Assembly: GCA_012295275.1 (NCBI GenBank)
Contig: CM022675.1
Span: 5,704,001 to 5,768,000, forward strand
Source: Chrysomallon squamiferum
Taxonomy: Eukaryota > Animalia > Mollusca
DNA length: 64,000 nucleotides
Reading direction: 5' to 3'
Made by a program: the position numbers and the translations under genes. Below the pieces are notes generated by a model that did no database searches, had not been told where the DNA came from, and was given only the letters and a program-made list of their open reading frames with translations. Positions 26,701 through 41,107 of this stretch are shown in pieces. The first letter of the stretch is position 1. Each line of letters opens with the position of its first letter.

Positions 26701-27584
26701 CTACTTGTCAGCTTGCGGTGGAGTGCTTTCTGGGACATTTCGTGTGTAAAGTTTGACTGAATGTGCTTTCAAATTGTGGTCAAAATACTGTTTAACAAAA
26801 GTACATCAATTAAAGTGAACCTTTTAGTAAGAGTGAGCAATAAACTGTCAGAAATAGAACAACTGGCGCGTCAAATTAAGATGTGTTATAATCTCAATGC
26901 CAGATTCGGAAATGCCAGAATTGGGAATAAACCGTCAAAGCCATATTTCTGTTTCACACATACAACTTATCACAGCTGGATCTTGAATTGACCTGTGTCT
27001 CATGAGTATTGATCTTTTTTTTTCTTCTTTTTTGTCCCGAGGAAGGATCTGCAACACCATTCAGGAGTAGATTCCATGGATGTCGAGTTTGTATTTTGTA
27101 AAGGATTACAGTTAAACATCAAATGTTTGAAGTCCTTTTGACAAATACATACATCTTAGTATTTTATTTTAACATGTTACCAGTAATTATTTAAAAAATT
27201 AAGTGTTCATGATTTATGTTTGTTTAAAGATTGTAACAGGTATCTCAGTTTTTATTTTAAATGGCACTTTTAGTCATTTTAACCACCTTATAATGCACTA
27301 ATAAATATTATGACTATATACGTTAAAAATACATCACAATAATAATAAATTTTAAAAATCAAACATTAATAAATCAAAATTTAATTTAATAGTTAAGAGT
27401 GAAAAAATACGGTGTGTATTTAAAGAAAGTTATGCTGTGCTGTTTAACGTGTTATACACCTATCTCCGTTTTTTGTTTTAAATTAAACTCTCTGTCATTT
27501 TAGCCATCTTATAATGTAATGATAGATATTATGACTAAATACCTTAAAAATGCAGAACTTGAAACAGATCATGTGAAATTAGAA

Positions 27585-27633
<49 letters not shown>

Positions 27634-28451
27634 ATTAAATCAAAATTTAATTAAATGAGTAAAAAATGGCAGATCAGTCACTTTAAATTCAGCCAAATGC
27701 TAACAAATGTGGAGAGAACACAAATAAATTCGAATTCATTCTTGCTGAAACTACACAGACTTCTTATCTCAAAGTTTCTAGTGTCGAGGCACCTAAAAGA
27801 CGCAGGGTTCTATGCACTTCTGGAGTGAATATATGGGGAGACTTCAAAAGCCATTTTTTCTCAATCATTCTGAGAAATTCAGCTCTTGAAAACACTAGAT
27901 AGGTCATAGCTCAGTCATTTTAATTCGTAATTAGCCAAAATTTTGTAGGATTTTATTTTTGTTTGTTATCTTTTTAAAATCTAAAATTAACGAGCTGATA
28001 ATTTCCGACCGCATCTCCGTGTCTAGTAAAACCATTATCAGTCACATGGGGAAACGACATCTGTACGAAAAGTATATTAATGTCACGTTCCTAATTTTAT
28101 AAACAAAAGTAAATTTACTGATTTGCGTATCGTTTGGAGTTTTGTATATTTATCTTTTAATTACACAATAATCGATATATGTAAACATGTAGAAGCAATA
28201 GTTAAGTAGATGTTTAACTTTTATAATTTAAATATGTTAATAGTATGTAACATTTTTGTGTAAAAGTAAAAAGTGTTCGCTAAGCCACAGACACCACTGT
28301 CACTGTCAGTCGACTCAGTGTCACAGTGACCTTGAGAGTAAGAGTGACAAAGCACACTCTTATGACCTATAATTAATATTACATGTAAATACAGCAATAT
28401 ATTATATGTAATCAAACTGAATATGAAGAAATAAATTAAGTATACCCTTAC

Positions 28452-28620
28452 CTCCAATTAACTAACCAATTCCTTCTAGTTTTTTCATTTTAATTTGTGC
28501 TGTGACAACCATCCGACAACCACCCGAAAACTAGCCGCCATTTTAATCTCGGAAATCAAAATCGCGCGTGAATCCTCGAGATTATTATTTTGTATACTTA
28601 CGCCACTGTACCTGGGTACT
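28452..28620 (-). promoter_or_regulatory. Probable promoter and non-coding first exon of the STAND-ankyrin gene
   Basis: CpG-rich patch in AT-rich DNA, YY1-type motif AAAATGGCGGC (28544-28534) and strong donor GGAG|GTAAGG at 28452/28451. It points toward acceptor TTCAG| at 23592, which lies 5 nt before the ATG. Confidence 0.6.
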
Positions 28621-28720
28621 CCCGATTACATTCGTTATGTGCCATAATTATTTATTTATTTGGTGCCATTCATGTCAACATCAAAATAGTTGAATAAATA
28701 TTAGACGGCTAAATGAAAGT

Positions 28721-28800
<80 letters not shown>

Positions 28801-29042
28801 AGTATTGTGAGAAACAGATTTGTTCAGTTTTATATATCTCTTAGCCGTACAAAAACATCACAATATATGTGTTTGAATCCAGTTTTCGTTCAAGTCTTCT
28901 GTAAATAAAATTAAAATACAGTCAACAGTCATACTCAGTCAGCTGTGTCGGACGATCATCTTCACATTTCCCTCCATAATGTATTTTATTATGATGTGAT
29001 AAATATGTGGGACAAAATACACACACACACACGTACATAAGA

Positions 29043-29074
<32 letters not shown>

Positions 29075-29090
29075 GTACATAAGAATGCAT

Positions 29091-29127
<37 letters not shown>

Positions 29128-29383
29128 AATGCTTGTCTTAATGTAGTTACCTGAATTTCTATGTTAATCATGCTTGACAGTATACAGTAGTAGCAGTAGT
29201 AACAGTAATAGTGGTTGTAATAATGGAAGTAATATCAATAAACGATAATAATACAAATAACCAAAAATATATCAAATCAAAACATGAATTTTAGTTAAGT
29301 TTATTTATATACCTGTTAGTCTACTATTTATTTTAATATTGTTCTTGTGGTTGTTGTTGCTATTGTTGTTAGTTTTACTAGTT

Positions 29384-29422
<39 letters not shown>

Positions 29423-29823
29423 ATAGCATTACTAGTAGTAGTAGTAGTAGCAATAGTATTAGTATTTTATTCCTTTGTATCATGCTATTTTATTTTCTAT
29501 TTTATTTCATTTTTATTTATTTTATTTTATTTATTTCTTAAGACAGACGAAGATGATACTTTAGGGTGCTATTTTGAGATGTGTTTAAGAAAATATTATG
29601 AAAATATTAAGAAAAAAGAAAAGACTAAAACATCCTCCGAATATTACCTACACTCATCCGTGTATTACGATAGTATCACATTTGTGTGTAGATAATATTA
29701 CATCGATTGTTGTAGCTTTTGTTAGAAACACACAAACAATGTTACCCCGAGACATCTCTACTCTACTTTTCTTCGGAGATGGTTCACTGGTCATGTATAC
29801 GTTGCTAGTTGTTCGCTTCTGTT

Positions 29824-29968
<145 letters not shown>

Positions 29969-30096
29969 AGAAGCTGATGGTACAGTTTTTCTCTAAATTA
30001 TTACTGAAAATTGATCACATATAGCTTTTCCTGCTATTTATTTATTTGTTTATTTATGAACTTATGTTTTGTTTACATTTATTCTTTATTCTTTTA

Positions 30097-30140
<44 letters not shown>

Positions 30141-31461
30141 ATTAAGAAATATCCTGTTATTCATTGACGATAAAAATAGCTCATACTAATCTCTCCCATA
30201 AACAGATATTAATGGTAAGGCATACATAGTCTGTTGTTTGGTAGGTGAATTTTTATTTATTTATTTATTTTTTTTTTTTTTTTTTTTTTAATTGTTTTTT
30301 TAGAGTAATTTTATTATGTGCTACTTTATCTTATTCATTAGTTATATAAACACACACATAGATAGATAGAGAGATAGAGAGACAGACAGAGAGATAGATA
30401 TATGTATGGATAGATAAAGATGTTTCATTTTATCATTACCTTATTATTTTACGATAAAATCAGCAGATATTTTGTGAGTGAAATTTTAAAACTGTTTTGA
30501 AGAATGTATTCAGAAAACAGGTTTCACATCATTTGACTTGTTTATTGTACTGTATTAATATAAACACCTGCAATTCCTCATACAAGTTTCCCATATTGTG
30601 TTTTTCACTGAATTATTGTGCATCAACAAGCAGATATTAGCTTATATATTATTATTAGCTTATTAGCTTATTTATTATTATTGTTATTATTATTATTAGT
30701 AGTAGTAGTAGTAGTAGTAGTACTAGTAGTAGTAGTAGTAGTTGTAGTAGTTGTAGTACTAGTAATAGTAGTAGTATAAGTTGTATTAGTAGTAGTAATT
30801 GTAGTAGAGGTAATATCATCATTTTAAAAAAAAATATATTTATTCTAATTTAAATTTAATCTGTGAGCTTTCAGATACTGTACTGCAAGACTTTCAAAAC
30901 AAATTGCCACGTTAAATTAAACTTGATAATTCATGTTTTCTGATTTCTATAGAGTAAAAAGGAAATGTCCTGACACAGATATTATCTCTGCAGGTGTTAG
31001 GGTGTGACTCATAGTTCTATTTTCAGTTGAATGGTGTATTCACTATTCAGAATATAAAATTAGTTCTTAAATACATCTGTCAGCCAGTGGTCTTTCTCAA
31101 AGCTTTATTTCTTTGGCGAAGATGGCTTAATTTAATGTAAAATATATATATACGTCAGTGCAGCTGCCCTACTCAAAATATTTACTTTTTGTTTTATATA
31201 ATGTCGAAAAATGAGAATTATTATCGTAAACACTGCAATCTATTTCAGCACAGAAACGTACATAAATATTATTTTTACTTTTATTAATATGTTGTTTTAT
31301 TATTATTATTATTAATTGTTCTTAATGCTTTATTTTTATTATAATTATTATTATTGTGTGTATAGGTATTCACATATATACATAATCACATACGCAGATA
31401 AATACTTACACTCATACACACATAGATGTACACACATACATACATACATACGTAATAAAGT

Positions 31462-31700
31462 TGTCTCGTCAGCCGAACGGTAACGTCATCCGTCTTCGGC
31501 GTGCGGGCGAATGGGTGCCATACGTTCGAGTCTCGTCAGAGGCATCTGACGGTGTTTGTGACGTCGTGATTGTATTTTGCGTCAGTGTGTTCCCGAATAT
31601 TGTCCATGTGCAAAGTCTGATCAGATGTACATAAGACATAGACTATTCAAAATCTTAAACTACATACATACATACATACATACATACATACATAAATACA
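31462..31700 (+). mobile_element. tRNA-derived SINE with (TACA)n tail
   Basis: A-box-like TCAGCCGAACGG (31469-31480), B-box GTTCGAGTC (31524-31532), acceptor-stem-like TGTCTC/GAGGCA, about 125-bp body, then (TACA)n. Confidence 0.75.
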
Positions 31701-32556
31701 TATATACACGTCACAGTTTTGTTATCCGGACTAATCTGTCAACATTATTCAAACCACTTCCGTAAAATATCTGTCTATATATTTATCCCTCTAACCACTT
31801 ATTTGTCTAATTACTTAACTTATTTTTAACTTTTGTCCACGGATATAAAACCAAATTTAGTATCGACAAGAAGAATGATCTCGTTCACTGTTGTTGTGAT
31901 CAAACCGCTTTAATACACGGACTAGATAATGATGTAGATTTGATAACGGAACTAAACTTTCATTGATATTTAAAACTGTACTGAAGCCACCGAGGATTTA
32001 TCAATGTACACTTTGTCTTGCAGCAACCTGCACTATTCCAAACGTAATGTTCATCACGTTAATATGAGGATGCGTTTTGTGAATAAATTTCTGCCTTTTC
32101 TATAATGAAATTATTCCTTTCGTTCTTTCTTTATTTCTTTATTCATCCTAGTGCATATTCTTCTATATTATTTTCCTATTTTATTTGATCACTTTCTTAT
32201 TCCATTTTCTTAACGATAAAAGCTGCTAAAACTTTTTATATGAAAATTTAAAAGGATTTTGAAGAAAGTATTAAGAAACGTGACGACTGGTTTGACATCT
32301 CCCTGACTAAGGTCACCAAACTGTAAACAACGCTTAATACATCACTGCTCATCTAGACTGGTACTCCACTTTCACAACAACGCTCGCTGTTTTCCTTCTC
32401 TTGTCATGCATCAGCTAACACACGTTTAGGTGTTTCTGATTACGTTTAACCTTAAAGGTAGCCCACAAAAAATGTCTGTCGATTTACTGTCATGTCCAAA
32501 TTGTACTTATGTAGCATATTGAAACTTAGTTGTGTAGTTATTTAAACACAAGGAAA

Positions 32557-32598
<42 letters not shown>

Positions 32599-32795
32599 TA
32601 CAAAACGAAACTCAGTTACACATACACAAATATACATGTAGAAACATTCACACTCATGTACATAGATACATGGATATGCACGCGTATACATGCACTACAG
32701 CGACAGACACTTATGTAAATACGCCAACATACACATTACACTTACACATATACAAATACGCACACCCTTACACGCACATATTTACACACATGTGC

Positions 32796-32833
<38 letters not shown>

Positions 32834-33374
32834 TTATCATATTGAATAGAAAACGATGTGTACAATACACCGATCTTGTTCTTTCAACTCAAGGCATATG
32901 ACGTAGCTATCGCTAAATGCTTATGAGAAACGAAAGAAATTATAAATGACACTTGGCTTGGCTGGTACGTATTTAACTACTGTCACTGGAATCTAGTGCT
33001 CTAGAAAACAGATACGCATGACTGGTAATACATGCATGGTGTTTTGTTGATTTTTCAACACCCACAAGAAGGCTTATCATACTCGTGGTTGCGTTTAACG
33101 TTAAATGTAGCGCAAAAATATGTCTGTCATTTTTAGGCCATCACAAAAACGTTTCCTTTGCAGTGTACAAATACAGTGGTATTTACAACTAAATAAAAAT
33201 AGAAATAAATCAGTAAATAAATAGGTAATTAAAATTTGAAATAAATATAATATTAATAACTGCAGTTTGGATATCTCGTATCTGCTCTGTTCTTTATTTC
33301 ATACTGCACACAAAAAGTGTCTCGTCCACTTCTTGTCTCCACTTTGTTTTAGCTTTGCCTTCTTTGTTCTATCT

Positions 33375-33414
<40 letters not shown>

Positions 33415-33561
33415 ACTACTGCTATCACTGTTACTCCTACACCTACTACTATTATTAAAATTAAATATATATTTTTTTTCTTATTTAACTACAATTTTCA
33501 GTCATGAATACTATCGTATGATAAAGTGTTGTACTTGTTGCTTTTTTTTTGCTTTTTTCAG

Positions 33562-33829
33562 GCTTGAGTGGTGCACAAATCAGACTGACTGTTGTGGCTG
33601 TGTTACAATAACTAATGATGAAGAAGGCGTGTTTCTCTCCATGTGGTTTCTATAGTGACCAGTGTGAAAACAAAAGATGTGAGTAAGTCATTCTACTTAA
33701 CACAATAATACCTTTATACCTACCACTGTTTTGATATGTACTATTGAAGGATACATGATACTCTTGTTATTTTCAATAATGTCATTTATTAAAATGATTT
33801 AGAATGAGTTATATATTGATCTGTATGCA

Positions 33830-33883
<54 letters not shown>

Positions 33884-34173
33884 AATTGTATTTTTACTTC
33901 ACATTTAGATTTATTTTGATTACTGTTATTGTTATTAACTTTACTTTTCTCCGACCAGTGAAGTAATGTAATTTAAATAAATAAATAAATAAAATTAATT
34001 AATTATAATAGTTAGATAATATTTAAGTTTATAATCAGTGTAAAACTGTGTCAGTAAATACTGAGTCAGACTCTTCTGATTTAACAAAGTCAGATCGTAT
34101 TCCAAATAAATCCTAAAGAAATCTCAATGTCATTATTTCATGTCAAATACACTTTTTTGCATTTTATGTGTTT

Positions 34174-34204
<31 letters not shown>

Positions 34205-34692
34205 TTATTATTATTATTATTTTTATTGTTATTACTATTATTATTTTATGTCTTTGGCAGTTCTGTAACTTACAATGGTGGTTACTACTCAGTTAACAAT
34301 TTGGTACTGATGAAATTAGTTCAGTTAGCATTCCATTTGAAGTATCAACATCTTGCTTCTTTCTATTACAGATACGAAGACTTGTTAATTTGTATAATAT
34401 TATTAATACGGTGAAAAGCTTGGATATTAATTGTTCATATCTGGGATACCTCTTGATATTTTTTTACAGACAGACAGACAGAATATCAAAACACAGTTGA
34501 ATCAATAGACTCCTCGCTTGTCCAGTTCAACATCAACCTCAAAAACGGTTCTTCAGTTTCCGAATCAGAAACTGTAGCTTTAGATGAAGAACTAACATTT
34601 TAGTATAAGAAGTAGAACAAGTTGACTGTTCACTGATTTTTCTTCTTTTTTCTCTTAACAACACCATTTCTAGTACTACTACTGTTACTAAT

Positions 34693-34762
<70 letters not shown>

Positions 34763-35213
34763 GTAATAATAGCAACAACAACAGCAACAACAACAGTAGA
34801 TTAATAGCAATACATTAATTTTCATTTGTTTTTTACCCAGCAAAAGGTACAGACATAACAGACGTTAAATTTCTATCCAACAGAGCGTTTGGTATGCCAT
34901 GTGGTAAAGGTTTCTTCGCAGATAGAAGTGGACAAATTTGGAAAGGTGATTTATACTGTCTTGGATTTGAAATGGACGTAGTGACCATTGAAAAGATGCT
35001 GGCATCAAGTGGGCTAATCGTTACATTTCTTCTTTTACTATTTTTCTGTTTTTTATCACCTGTTACTTATAATATTATTATTCAAGAAATATCAGATCGA
35101 GACATTAAAATTATAAATCAATTTCAAATTTTTTTGGACCAGAGATCCGACTTTTTGTTTGTTTTGTTTTTCGCCCAATTACAGGATTCCATGAACACAC
35201 ACACACACTCATG

Positions 35214-35278
<65 letters not shown>

Positions 35279-35389
35279 ATACAAACACACACACAAATAC
35301 ACATATACCGACAAAATAAATAAATAAACATTTTACGCTTTCTAATTATTCTTAAATTTCTTTGAAATTATCTTCTATTTTTTTTATAC

Positions 35390-35426
<37 letters not shown>

Positions 35427-36271
35427 TAAATAACACCATTACAAATAATAAACGGATTAAAGTTGAATAAATTAATATTAACTATATCATACAAACAAAA
35501 TTAGTAGTAAACATGACATTTAATTCCCACCACTTAGCATAATCTTCATCAAAACTTCTAGAAAAGAATATAATTTGGCTATAAACACCAATATTGTAAT
35601 ACATTTTTAACAGAGCCAGAATCAGGCACTGTCAGGGTGGAATCATGCACTGCTGACAATCAGAAAACTGGAGAAGATAGTGAAACTTTGAAAATCATTG
35701 AAAACAGGTGAAATTTACTTTTTAACCGTTTTTATATACTAATAGTTGATTGGCACAGCACTCATAAACATGTATTTTTATTTGCCTCCGAGCAGCATTA
35801 GGAAATTATGATCATCATCATCATAATCATTATTATTATTATTATTTTATTATTATTTAGCATCATTGTCTTAACTTGAAAATATCCCATACCGTGTTTT
35901 CCAGTTCAAGAGCAACAGCTGCTTACAGAGCTGATTTTGGTCCAGGATCAGGACCTATCCTTGTGCGTGACATTCACTGTCTATAACTGTTTATAACTTC
36001 TAAAAGCTAAAACAAGATAAATTCCTCTTAAAATACCTAGAGTTTATACAGATCGGGAAAACTAAAGAGAAATGATATTTAATCTGATACACTTCATTCA
36101 TCCAGCTGTCCTTCGTCTGAGATTGGTGAACTGATGAAACATGAACCTGAAAGGTGGGGAAAAAAAGGGACGTTCAAGTTGAAAGCTTTCACCTTTAAGA
36201 AAAACAACAAAGTATCTGCAGAATGTTCTGTCAAAGATTGTCTTCCAGATCAAAAACGTCTGTGTGACCCT
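33562..36271 (+). pseudogene. Fragmented SRCR/ZP-C exons, paralogous to the gene at 59270-61592
   Basis: 34841-34977 reads SGQIWKGDLYCLGFE (SRCR half); 35614-35707 reads PESGTVRVESCTADNQ..KIIEN; 35905-35983 reads RADFGPGSGPILVRDIHCL (truncated SRCR); 36106-36271 reads CPSSEIG..FKLKAFTF..CSVKDC..CDP. 33562-33678 is a degenerate exon-like piece with a stop. Confidence 0.7.
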
Positions 36272-37036
36272 GTAAGTTTTACCATTTGTGTGTACACTTT
36301 TACATTAGTTTTAGATAATTTTATTGTACGAGTTTTATTTTGTCAGCTTAAAATATACACATCCCGGAATGAGTTTGTCTTGAACGTCTTTCAGTGCAGT
36401 GTTTGAAAGATCTCACGATCTGTGTAGAAAGTATATTATGTCATTAAAATATTATCATCATCATCATCATCATCATCATCACCTTTTAACTTTAAAACTA
36501 CGACTTGTAGTTAATAAAATTCAAATATAGTGTTAGTAGTATTAGGGGCAGTGGTAGTAGAATTATTAGTGGTAATAGTAACAGTAGTTGCTGTTCTGGT
36601 AGCAATAGGCGTATAAGTTTTAATAGTACTAGTACTAGTATTAGTTGTAATGGTAGCATACTGGTTATTTTATTAGTACTGGTAAAAGTATTAGGAGTAA
36701 AAGTCGTCGGTTTTGTATTAGCATTAGTAATTAGCCATAGTAGTAGCAGTATGACAAGTAGTAGTAGGAGTAGGAGTGGTAGCTCTAGTACTCGAAGTAA
36801 TTGTTGCAGTAATTAATAACGATCGAGCAACAGTAACAGTAATAATGGAAGTAGTATCATCTGCGTTAATAGTAGCGAAGAGAATTCGTAGTAGTCGTAG
36901 TAATACCACTTCTAATAGCAGTGGTTGTAGTCATTGTGATACTAGTAGTAGTAAACGCAGTAGTGGTAAAATCAGTTATAGTGGCAATTAATGGTATTAA
37001 TATTATTAGTATATAGATAGATAGATAGATAGATAG

Positions 37037-37129
<93 letters not shown>

Positions 37130-37675
37130 TATGTTTTTAATTGGTATCTTGTTCGACAAGCGCAGAATGTGTCCGAACCATAATTCAGTTGATGTATTGT
37201 TATTGCTGTTTATAGCGTTGTTTATATGACTTATACCATTACAAGTTGGAATAGCACTAGCAACAGTAGTTGTTGTAGCAGTAGTAGTTGTTTTTATCGT
37301 CTTTGTTCTAGTAATAATTGCCCTCAGTCTACTTTTCAAAAATACTTAAACAAGCTTAGCATTCAAACAAATAAAGAAAACAAATAAAAAAGCAAAGAAG
37401 GAAATAAGCAAACAAACAATACAAAAAACAAACAAAGAAACAAACAAATAAATGAATAAACAAATAAACAAACATATTCCGTAGACAAGTATATGTATAT
37501 TACACTATATATATACATTGCAGAGAACCAGCGACTCAGTAAAAAAAAAAATAATAAATACATAAAATAAAAAAATAAACAAAAATTATAATAATAATAA
37601 TAAGATAAGATATAAATAGAGCAAAAATGTTTTTTTCTTTTCATTACGTTAGTATATTTCTTTCCAAACAGATCA

Positions 37676-37776
<101 letters not shown>

Positions 37777-38516
37777 GTATGCTTACACACTCTAAAATAC
37801 ATTATTTTATAAATTCAGCGATGTTTTATCTTTTCTATTTAGACGTACGCTTTTTTTTAAAATTTTATTTTTAAACTTGTTTTTTTTTGGTTTGAGGGGA
37901 AGGGTTATTATGTTTTCCCCTGGATTTGATTTGTGATCATTTATTAAGTTTTTAATATTATCACGTGATGTCAGCAAGATGAATAGCCATATTATTTTAA
38001 ATACATAATTAAATACATTAATAAATAAATAATATTTACAGAGTCATGATCGAGGTGATGAAATACGCCGTCAAATCTCTAAATATTCATAGTTCAAGGA
38101 AACTGTAATATTACATGTTGATAACCAAACCACGACGCACTGAGTACTTAATTACAACAAGGGAGGTAAGTGGGAAGAAACGAAGTTATCTCTCTTTTTT
38201 TTTTTTTATTCTGTTTTATTTGTCTAATTTCTCTTTGTAAAAGAGAGATACTGGCTGTAAATGACACAAAGGTCAGGTAGAAGGAACGAAGCTGTCTCTT
38301 TCTTGTTTTTACTTTTCGGGACATTTTCATTAATTTCTGTAATTTCTGCTGCTGACAGAGACTTACTTGCGGTGTACATCATGGATTTATGAAATACGTC
38401 ACTCGCCTCTCTTTACAAACATTAAAACTAAAAATATTAAACTAATTCCTATTTACTTCTTTCAGACAAACAGTATTGTTAGTGTTATTGTTGTTTTTGT
38501 TGTTGTTGTTATTATT

Positions 38517-38547
<31 letters not shown>

Positions 38548-38558
38548 CATTATCATTG

Positions 38559-38654
<96 letters not shown>

Positions 38655-39839
38655 ATGTGTAAGGTCATAAGTATAAATCATCGCAAAATATTCTTATATG
38701 ATTTGATGAACCGTGTTGAAATGACCTGTTAATAATTCTCATTACAGTTACAAGTTATTTTAAAAGGAAAGGAACTTTCTCTTTGTTGTTACTTTTTCTC
38801 TGCTTTTTCAACTTATTTGTTTCTCCCTGTGTAATATTTTCAGTGCATCTATTCGGTCACTGCAGACAAGTATAGTGAAAATTTTCAAGAAGTGTTCTTC
38901 ATCCATTACCATGAAGTGAAGTATGATTTTACTGAATGAAGAATGTTTAGTGATAAGAAATTGAGGTGTGATGTACGATATGAAATTATATCACTAGATA
39001 TCGAGTGATTATCTGTAATCCTTGCTGATTGGTTGTGCTGTCACGTGCTATGATGCCACCAAAAATTCAAATGTTCGCATTAGTCTTTTCTGTAACACTT
39101 TCTGTATCTATAATTATAATGTTGTTGAGTTATAATTGTTTTGTATAGAACAATACCAAGAATATTAAGAAAATAATAATAATAATGATAAAATACAATA
39201 ACAATAACAATAACAATAATAGTAATAATAGTTTTAATAATAATAATAATAGTAATAATAATAATAACAATAACAATAACAATAATAATAATAATAATAA
39301 CAATAATAATAATATATTTAATATTGAAAAAATAAGGACTAATAATTAAATATTCGGCACGAGAAATTAAAAAAATATATATATTGTTAATCAGATGGGT
39401 GTGTGATGAAACTATAGCAACAGTTAAAGCAGATCCTCCATCTTGGAAACAGCACCACGAAGAATGACGACGGAAATTCGAAAGCTTTTCCTCCGCCACG
39501 GATTTTTACCGAACCTCCAGAATGTCCAGAAACACAAATGAGAAGAAAATAAATAAAACACACAGGAAGAGCAAAACAGAGAGGTAATTTGTATTCCAGC
39601 ATAGAGTAATGACAATAATTACGTAAACATGAATTAATATGCAAGTAATAATTTCGACTTATAAAATAAAACAAATCACATGAGATTCATTGCCACAAGC
39701 TTAGTTCAGTAAAGAAACTCAATATAAAATATTAATGAATGCATAAACAAGCACGTTTTTGAGAAAATACAAAAATACAACAAAAAAACCCTAAAAAAAC
39801 AAGCTTTACTATAGCAAAATAAGCAATCAAATATATAAC

Positions 39840-39916
<77 letters not shown>

Positions 39917-40604
39917 TGATGATGATGATGATGGTAATAATAAGAAGAACAATAAAAATAATAACAATACAAATAATAATACTAATAATAATAATAATGA
40001 TAATGATAATAATAATAATACTAATAATAATGATGATGATGATGATGAAAAAGAAAAGTCAGCACATCAATGAAAGTTACGGAGTAGAATGTCTATAAAA
40101 TATTGATATTCCTTTATCATTTAACTTTAATTTTCTGCAGATTTAGTTTTCTTTTCTTTTTTCTTCTTCATTTTGACAGCCTACTACAGCCAATTAATGA
40201 ACAACTTTCTCTCACGCGATAATACAAGTGAAATGCTGATGTTTGTATTTTTCTTCTTTTATTATTTATTTATTTAAATAGTGCCTGAAATGATATCTAT
40301 TAGTGAGTCCTTCAAGTTTTTAAATAAATACTACTATTACTACTACTACTAACATTAGTAATGATACTAATAATAATAATAACAATAGTAAAACATAAAC
40401 CTTTGTTTTCTTCTGTTTTCTCTTTGTAAGCAATATATCATGTGATTCCATGCAAAATTACGAACCAGAGTGTAAAACACTACTAGAAAAAAAAAAAAAA
40501 AAACCTGTGTTTATTAAATAAAACTATTAATTAAACTATCAATTTATTGGAAACTAAACTAATAGTTTTAACATAAATACCTGAACAGCTTATAATTAGA
40601 AGAC

Positions 40605-40719
40605 GATGTAAACTCTCAGCAGACAGTGATGAAGAGCAGGTTCCGAACCGTCACACTTAACGTCATACTTCCATACATTCCTACTAGTGACACTGCTACC
40701 AACAGAAGACATTCTGAAT
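40605..40719 (-). pseudogene. Isolated SRCR half-domain exon remnant
   Basis: Acceptor TTTCACAG| then ...NVWKYDVKCDGSEPALHHC, matching SRCR xIWxxDVxCxGxExxLxxC; it ends in a stop without the final Cys segment. Confidence 0.6.
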
Positions 40720-41060
40720 CTGTGAAAAGAAATATTATGTTGTCCACAATTAGAAAAATGAGAAAAAAGAAGAAAAACAAGAAAAAACAAAATCACCAAC
40801 ATATTAATAACAAAAAAGAAAAGAATGATACAAAATAACAGTTGCCATTATTACCACTGACTACAACCACTACATATCCTTTTAATTCTACCGCTACTAA
40901 AGATAATAATGATTATGTTTTGTTATTTTTATTGTTAATTTACTTTAAAGAAAATATAAACTTTTCGGCTCAAAGAAATTGCTTTTGTGTCTGTCTGTGT
41001 TTTACTTTCAGTTGACATTGACAGCACGCTGAAGTCAAATTCGAAGTGGTGCCTATACAC

Positions 41061-41103
<43 letters not shown>

Positions 41104-41107
41104 TACG

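Noticed and set aside
27588-27631. 44-nt poly(A) as a retrocopy tail
   Set aside because: It sits in a local tandem duplicate (27240-27420 / 27460-27665) with no recognisable retroposed body or TSD.
31462-31545. Functional tRNA gene
   Set aside because: The anticodon arm does not fold cleanly, there is no poly-T terminator, and it continues into a body and microsatellite tail typical of a SINE.
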